This document shows positions 58,835 to 64,000 of a DNA stretch of 64,000 nt, one piece after another; positions within the stretch are counted from its first letter, which is position 1, and each line of letters begins with the position of its first letter. The translations under genes were made by a program, and so were the position numbers. The notes under the pieces were generated by a model that saw nothing but the letters and a program-made list of their open reading frames with translations, did no database searches and was not told the origin of the DNA. Location of the stretch: the IMG/VR virus record IMGVR_UViG_3300027788_000008, positions 11,279-75,278 of that record; one strand, given 5' to 3'. The stretch is from a virus.

Positions 58835-59826
58835 CAGACAGCAAGGAAATATTCACTCAGTGGTTTGGTCGTGGTCTTGAAATCGAAGACTGTGATCCAT
58901 CTCTGTATCTACAGAATTATTTCTTTGACCGTTTCGAGTACAACACAGAGCAGCGTCTGTGGATCTCTTGGATATATGGCACTACCTACTTTTGGCCAAC
59001 TTCATATGTTGTTTGGAACGAATTTCCAGATATGGAGTTGGTAGGTCTGGAGCGTTTACGCGATTGGAACAACACCAACTACAAGCGTTTGCGTTACCAG
59101 ACAGACACCAAGTGGAACAAAGGTCACCTGCCTGCACAGTTTGAGTCGTACAGGGACTATGTTGGTGACCGTACACAGCACGAAGCACTGACTGCCAACT
59201 TTGTTGGTGACCCTGTCAAGGACTTCTACACTCTGTGGGATACAGTCAACACATGGCATAAGTTTGGCAGGTACACCACTTGGTTCTACATACAGACACT
59301 CAAGCAGACGTGTGGCATTGATGTTGACGTTGACAGTCTGTGGTTCCATGACCGTAATGGATCCAAGTCGCATCGCAATGGTATGTGCTATGCCATGGAC
59401 AAACCTGAGTGGGTCGACTCAAAGAAGAACAATGTGAAACTCGACGCCACCCAGATTGACTTCCTTGAAGCAAATGGCAGGGAGATACTACAAGAAGTGA
59501 AGTTGCGGTATCCGCACGTTGCTGACAAGGCAGACTTCTTTGCTATGGAAACCAGTCTGTGTTCCTTCAAGAAATTATATCGACGCAGTCGTGGTCGCTA
59601 CCTTGGTTTCTACATTGACCGTCAGGCAGAAGAGATCAAGAAAGCAGAAGCAGATAACTGGGAAGGCATCGACTGGACACCACTGTGGGATGCCCGCAAG
59701 GAATCACTGGAGTCAAAGTGGTTGCTGGATACAGTCGACCCTGACCTATACAACCTGTTTCTTGACACAGGTAATTTTGAACCAGACGATCGCACTGTTG
59801 GCGGTCTTGAGGCATTCTTTGTATGA
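58831..59826 (+). CDS. Amino acid:DNA transferase (aGPT-PPlase/AADT family, HhH-glycosylase-like fold)
   Basis: D.DP, QRLW.SW.YG.TY, FGRYTTWFYIQTL, SHRNGM, METSLCSFKK, RYLGFYIDR. Confidence 0.8.
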   Translation: MTDSKEIFTQWFGRGLEIEDCDPSLYLQNYFFDRFEYNTEQRLWISWIYGTTYFWPTSYVVWNEFPDMELVGLERLRDWNNTNYKRLRYQTDTKWNKGHLPAQFESYRDYVGDRTQHEALTANFVGDPVKDFYTLWDTVNTWHKFGRYTTWFYIQTLKQTCGIDVDVDSLWFHDRNGSKSHRNGMCYAMDKPEWVDSKKNNVKLDATQIDFLEANGREILQEVKLRYPHVADKADFFAMETSLCSFKKLYRRSRGRYLGFYIDRQAEEIKKAEADNWEGIDWTPLWDARKESLESKWLLDTVDPDLYNLFLDTGNFEPDDRTVGGLEAFFV

Positions 59827-60374
59827 AATTGATCTACCTAATTGGGATTCCTGGAACGGGCAAGTCCACCATCATGAAAGAGTTTATGAAGACTCAAGGT
59901 GAGTGGACGCATGACCGTCCAATTGACCTGCTTGATACTCACGTGGCAGGGAACGTCCGTGTCCTTGGCAAATATTCCGAAGAGGAAACATTCAGTGGCA
60001 CTGACCGATTGAGTATGGCAGTGGCACCCAAAGCAGTTGAGTGGATCTTGGACAAACCAGATGAGTTCATAATTGGTGAAGGTGACCGTCTTAACAATGC
60101 GGGTTTCTTCAGAGCAGCAGGTGACGACCTCACCATTATCCACCTGACCGTATCGGACGCAGAACGTGAGCGCAGATACAGGCAGCGTGGTTCCGACCAG
60201 TCTGAGAAATTCATCCAGACTACACGCACCAAATGCAAGAATATCCTCGAGAAGTTTGGCGACCAGCACACGCTGTTTGGTACTGAACTCGGTTGCGTGG
60301 TTGAGTTCCCCCATGAATCACCAAATGACACACAGATCGTTGTCGATTATCTGGTATCCTCGCTAACTTGTTGA
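59823..60374 (+). CDS. P-loop kinase of the type that accompanies AADT genes (candidate 5-hydroxymethylpyrimidine-DNA kinase)
   Basis: LIGIPGTGKST, LGKY...FSGTDRLSMAV, GEGDRL, R..RGS.Q.EKF. Confidence 0.8.
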   Translation: MKLIYLIGIPGTGKSTIMKEFMKTQGEWTHDRPIDLLDTHVAGNVRVLGKYSEEETFSGTDRLSMAVAPKAVEWILDKPDEFIIGEGDRLNNAGFFRAAGDDLTIIHLTVSDAERERRYRQRGSDQSEKFIQTTRTKCKNILEKFGDQHTLFGTELGCVVEFPHESPNDTQIVVDYLVSSLTC

Positions 60375-60613
60375 ATTTCTGGAAGAAGTGCGACTGGGTA
60401 GAGCGTGCAATGGTATTCGGTGTTCCTGCTTTGGCGGTCACAGTACTCTCTGTGGCGTACTATATCGGTGTGTCAGCACAGATTGAGTGCGAAGAGGCGG
60501 GAGGTTCTTATGAGAAGGATGGAACCTCCACTGTGGTTCAAGTCGGGGTCAGATACGGAACCGTCCCATGGAAAGTCTACACATACCACTGTGTGGTTCC
60601 CGATATTGAGTAA
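60368..60613 (+). CDS. Small hypothetical membrane-anchored protein
   Basis: One hydrophobic segment and a Cys pair (CEEAGG...YHC); start position uncertain. Confidence 0.55.
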   Translation: MLNFWKKCDWVERAMVFGVPALAVTVLSVAYYIGVSAQIECEEAGGSYEKDGTSTVVQVGVRYGTVPWKVYTYHCVVPDIE

Positions 60614-60690
60614 GTTGTTGATTTCATTCAGTTTTCTCGAACTTGTCCTTGTACCCTATTTGCGGGATAATAGGTGTTCTGATTGAGGAG
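60611..60690 (+). promoter_or_regulatory. Repeated early-promoter cassette, copy 1: IHF-consensus site + TTGTCC-N17-GATAAT + SD
   Basis: TAAGTTGTTGATT 60611..60623, -35 at 60643..60648, -10 at 60666..60671. Confidence 0.8.
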
Positions 60691-60697
60691 AGAGATT

Positions 60698-60928
60698 ATG
60701 TTTGGATCGTTTATTGAGAAAGATGTCAAGGGTTGTCATACCTATGTGCCCAATGATGAAGGCGAGAACACTGCCTCTTGGGACTTCCCCCACAAACTCC
60801 TGACCAACGATGGTTTCCGCTATGCTCGTGTGTTGAAGACTGTTGCATATATCGCAGTCGACGAGGATGCATACGGACAACCAATTGTTGAGAAATGGGA
60901 CATATATTCCCACAGGCAGATGGCGTAA
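60698..60928 (+). CDS. Hypothetical protein
   Basis: ATG at 60698 after a GAGGAG SD; contains GFRYARVLKTVAYIAVDED. Confidence 0.65.
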   Translation: MFGSFIEKDVKGCHTYVPNDEGENTASWDFPHKLLTNDGFRYARVLKTVAYIAVDEDAYGQPIVEKWDIYSHRQMA

Positions 60929-61005
60929 GTTGTTGATTCTATTCACTTTTTTAGAACTTGTTCTTGTACATGAATTGTGCGATAATATAGTCTGACTTGA
61001 GGAGA
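60926..61005 (+). promoter_or_regulatory. Repeated early-promoter cassette, copy 2: IHF-consensus site + TTGTTC-N17-GATAAT + SD
   Basis: TAAGTTGTTGATT 60926..60938, -35 at 60958..60963, -10 at 60981..60986. Confidence 0.82.
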
Positions 61006-61006
61006 A

Positions 61007-63289
61007 ATGTATATGAAAGCAGAACACGGAAATAACGTCCTAGCAAAACTACTCGCTGCTGAGAATATAACAGTAGTGCAGGAGAACTGTAAGACTGCAT
61101 CATTTAACGTCCGTGACCGTATCCTGACCCTGCCTATGTGGTCTGATATGTCCAAAGATACCGAAGACCACCTGACTGGACACGAAGTTGGTCACGCACT
61201 GTTTACTCCAGAAGAAGGTTGGCATGACGCTGTATGTGATGCTGGTCCAGGTTACAAATCATTCCTCAATGTTGTAGAAGATGCACGCATTGAGAAACTA
61301 ATCCAGCGCAAATTTCCTGGACTTCGCACATCATTTATTCGATCATACCGTGACCTGCTCGCTGCTGGTTTCTTTGGCAAAAACATCGAACAGATCAATA
61401 AGACGGGACTGATTGACCGTATCAATACATACTTCAAATGTGGTTCCTCTATCGGTGTCCAGTTTGCCCGTGACGAGCAGCAGTGGATCGCCAAGGTTGG
61501 CGGCACTGAGACTTGGGAAGAAGTTGTTGAAGTCACTGACGAGTTGTTTGCCTTCTGCAAAAAGCAGAAAGAAGAACAACAGAAACAAGACGCAGAAGAC
61601 GACCAGCAAGCACAAGAAGATGGCGACGATGAGTCAGAAGATGACCTGAGTGGCGAAGACGAAGATGGCGAAACATCTGACTGGGACTTGAGTGATCTTC
61701 CAGAAGATGGTGAGGGTGAAGGTGAAGATGGCGATCCTACTTCCGATGACGCTGGTGGTGAAGAAGAAGAAGAGTCAGACGAAGAAGGCGAAGATGACGC
61801 CAAAGAAAGTGGCGAAACTGGCGGCAAATCTTCTGCTGACGAACCACGGTCTGAGACAGACGAAGCACTGCGTGACGCTATTGACCAGCAACATGCACCC
61901 AATGCTGATCGTCAGGTATACAACCTGAACCTGCCAGCACACGGTCTCTTTGAGAACCAATTCTACGGATACAAGACACTCCTGCGTGAATTGACCACTG
62001 GTGTTCTTCTACACGAGACTCCTGAAGAACACGCTGCGAAGATCAGCGACACACCCGATGAGTATGAAATTTACAGACGCAAAGAACAATTACAAAACCG
62101 TGGCATATTATTCGAAGCAGGTACAGAGCAATACAACAAGTGGTATGCCACTGCCAAGAAGTCTATCGCGCTGATGGTCAAAGAATTCGAAATGAAGAAG
62201 TCTGCTACACAGCATGCACGTGCTAAAATATCCAAGACTGGTACTCTTGATACACTCAAGATGAACCACTACCGAACAACAGACGACATCTTCAAGAAAG
62301 TCACTACAGTACCTGATGGCAAGAACCACGGTTTCCTCATGATACTTGATCTGTCTTCTTCTATGTGGGAGCAGATGTTTCCAGTAGTGAAGCAGACTCT
62401 GTTGATGGTAAACTTCTGTCGCGCTATCGGTGTTCCGTTCCGTGTATATGGTTTCACTGATAACCTGTCAGGTGGTCAATCACGTGACTGGGATGACATG
62501 CCATCGGATACTATCCTCACTGATCCACGTCTGCGTATGTTGGAGATCTTCAATGAGAGAATGACCAAGACTGAGATGACTACAATGGCAAAATACCTCA
62601 TTGGTGGTGCATACTCGCAGCAACGGAATAATCGTGTTGGGTACAACCCTGCACGTATATTCTCTTTGGGTGGTACTCCACTTGACAGCGCAATCATTGC
62701 TATGATGCCTGTTGCTGTTGCCTTCCGCAAGCAGTATAAACTGGACAAGTTGAACACTATCCTGTTGACTGATGGTCAATCGCACCCAGCGTATGTAAAC
62801 AATGGTGCTGCAGGCAACACTCGCCTGAACTGGTTGATGCGCAATGATTCATCTGTAGTGACTATCCGTAGTCCCATCAACCAGAAAGTATATCGCGTCT
62901 TGAAGACTCAACGTGGTGGCGACAATGCTACTGCTCGTCTGCTCGAAATATTCAAGGACGTGACTGGTTCGGTTATGCTCGGGTACTTTGTAGTTGATGG
63001 TGGTCGCAGTAGTGTACTGAACGCATGCTGCTACTTGGCAGGAACATACATCGACCGTGAACCATTATGGAAAACAATCAAGAGTGGTGCACACGCAGTC
63101 GTGCCAACTCCAGGTTATGACAAGATGTATGTATTGTGGGGCAAAAACCTCCAAGAGAAAACGTCCAAGATGGATGAGGTCGTTGCTGGTGCAAAGAAAG
63201 GTGCCATATCCCGCGCATTCGCCTCCGCTGCTACGAGCAGCAAGCAGACGCGCAAACTGCTACAGGATATAGTGTCTCAGATAGCGTAA
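61007..63289 (+). CDS. HEXXH metallopeptidase-like domain + acidic linker + VWA domain (CobT-like partner of an AAA+ ATPase)
   Basis: GHEVGHALFTP, NVVEDARIE, long D/E linker, MIDAS DLSSSM, GGTPL, LTDG. Confidence 0.85.
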   Translation: MYMKAEHGNNVLAKLLAAENITVVQENCKTASFNVRDRILTLPMWSDMSKDTEDHLTGHEVGHALFTPEEGWHDAVCDAGPGYKSFLNVVEDARIEKLIQRKFPGLRTSFIRSYRDLLAAGFFGKNIEQINKTGLIDRINTYFKCGSSIGVQFARDEQQWIAKVGGTETWEEVVEVTDELFAFCKKQKEEQQKQDAEDDQQAQEDGDDESEDDLSGEDEDGETSDWDLSDLPEDGEGEGEDGDPTSDDAGGEEEEESDEEGEDDAKESGETGGKSSADEPRSETDEALRDAIDQQHAPNADRQVYNLNLPAHGLFENQFYGYKTLLRELTTGVLLHETPEEHAAKISDTPDEYEIYRRKEQLQNRGILFEAGTEQYNKWYATAKKSIALMVKEFEMKKSATQHARAKISKTGTLDTLKMNHYRTTDDIFKKVTTVPDGKNHGFLMILDLSSSMWEQMFPVVKQTLLMVNFCRAIGVPFRVYGFTDNLSGGQSRDWDDMPSDTILTDPRLRMLEIFNERMTKTEMTTMAKYLIGGAYSQQRNNRVGYNPARIFSLGGTPLDSAIIAMMPVAVAFRKQYKLDKLNTILLTDGQSHPAYVNNGAAGNTRLNWLMRNDSSVVTIRSPINQKVYRVLKTQRGGDNATARLLEIFKDVTGSVMLGYFVVDGGRSSVLNACCYLAGTYIDREPLWKTIKSGAHAVVPTPGYDKMYVLWGKNLQEKTSKMDEVVAGAKKGAISRAFASAATSSKQTRKLLQDIVSQIA

Positions 63290-63362
63290 GTTGTTGATTC
63301 TAAGGGGTTTTTTAGAACTTGTTCTTGGACCCTGATTGAGCGATAATATAGTCTGAGTTGAG
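63287..63362 (+). promoter_or_regulatory. Repeated early-promoter cassette, copy 3: IHF-consensus site + TTGTTC-N17-GATAAT
   Basis: TAAGTTGTTGATT 63287..63299, -35 at 63319..63324, -10 at 63342..63347. Confidence 0.82.
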
Positions 63363-63396
63363 TGATTTAGAAGTTTAATTGAAGAGGAAATACATT

Positions 63397-64000
63397 ATGA
63401 GCAAAGCAAAATTATTAGTCGAGTTGTTGACCGCCAAATTTGGTGATGAACCTCGCACCCTATCAGGTGCTGAGATCAAGTCATTCGCCAAGGACAATGA
63501 CATCAACTCGCTGTATCGCGTACTGAACGCGAACAACTCCGCTGGTGATGGTTTGTACCATTTCCCTCCTGTGGGCAAGTCCAAACCTGCTGCTGTCCGA
63601 GTGACCGCACCAGTCGTTGCGCGTGTTGTGGCACCAGTTGCTGCTCCCACTCCCGTTGGTCCAGCAGTCTCGCTGACTGCTCAGTCCACTGGGTTCACCG
63701 ACAATCTTGTACCGAACAAGGACAATATGTATGTCCCCTTCGGGCACTTCAAGACAGTACAGACCATTGTCAAATCAGGCATGTTCTATCCCCTGTTCAT
63801 CAGTGGTCTGTCGGGCAATGGTAAGACTTACATGGTTGAGCAGGTACACGCTGCCAGCAAGTTGCCTGTTATACGTGTCAACCTCACCGAAGAAACTGAC
63901 GAAGACGACCTCATCGGTGGTTTCCGACTGGTCGATGGTGAGACCAAATTCTTCAAAGGTCCAGTGATCAAAGCAATGGAGCAGGGTGCTACTTTGCTGC
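63397..64000 (+). CDS. CobS/MoxR-like AAA+ ATPase (3' truncated by window edge; not in ORF track)
   Basis: Reads MSKAKLLVELL...NLVP.KD..YVPFG...FISGLSGNGKT...RVNLTEETDEDDLIGGFRLVDGET....GPVIKAMEQGA, with Walker A. Confidence 0.9.
   Translation, partial: MSKAKLLVELLTAKFGDEPRTLSGAEIKSFAKDNDINSLYRVLNANNSAGDGLYHFPPVGKSKPAAVRVTAPVVARVVAPVAAPTPVGPAVSLTAQSTGFTDNLVPNKDNMYVPFGHFKTVQTIVKSGMFYPLFISGLSGNGKTYMVEQVHAASKLPVIRVNLTEETDEDDLIGGFRLVDGETKFFKGPVIKAMEQGATLL

Noticed and set aside
61252-61902. Longer minus-strand ORFs (e.g. 61252..61902, 4870..5460, 48025..48585, 52294..52827)
   Set aside because: They are antisense shadows of well-supported plus-strand genes, with Ser-rich or implausible composition and no recognisable motifs.
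60611-63362. CRISPR array, or sigmaE promoter (GAACTT...TCTGA), for the three repeats
   Set aside because: The copies are separated by whole genes (315 bp and 2.4 kb apart), and the GAACTT-TCTGA spacing is about 31 bp rather than about 16.
61007-64000. Cobalamin biosynthesis (cobS/cobT) as auxiliary metabolic genes
   Set aside because: No cobN or other cob genes are in the window, and the HEXXH-VWA architecture fits a generic MoxR-VWA system better.
1-64000. tRNA/rRNA genes, integrase or transposase
   Set aside because: None recognised; the intergenic spaces are short and mostly accounted for by promoters, terminators and the elements described.

Overview
A 64-kb, entirely plus-strand segment of a T4-like myophage with the gene order typical of marine 'exo-T-even' phages. 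No cyanophage photosynthesis genes are visible. IHF-type sites in front of sigma70 promoters suggest a proteobacterial host. 1-31.5 kb holds baseplate and tail genes: gp48, gp53, a hub protein, a gp5 split over two genes with a tandem paralog pair and an amidase between the halves, gp25, gp6, a gp7 extended by about 1,650 aa of carbohydrate-active-like domains, gp8, a VrlC-like protein and fibre proteins. 31.5-36.3 kb holds putative tailoring enzymes among late genes (glycosyltransferase, 2OG-Fe(II)-like oxygenase, GNAT-like protein, asparagine-synthetase-like ligase). 36.4-48.7 kb is gp13-gp23. 49-55.3 kb is gp3, uvsY, uvsW, gp55, gp47 and gp46. 55.7-60.4 kb is a DNA base hypermodification operon with its own promoter (TET/JBP dioxygenase, DUF3310-like protein, class II glutamine amidotransferase, GNAT, amino acid:DNA transferase, P-loop kinase); this is the best candidate for an undescribed pathway. 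60.6-64 kb has three copies of an IHF-site/sigma70 promoter cassette driving small ORFs, a HEXXH-VWA protein and a CobS/MoxR AAA+ ATPase. All family calls come from motif recognition by eye and from gene order; no searches were run.
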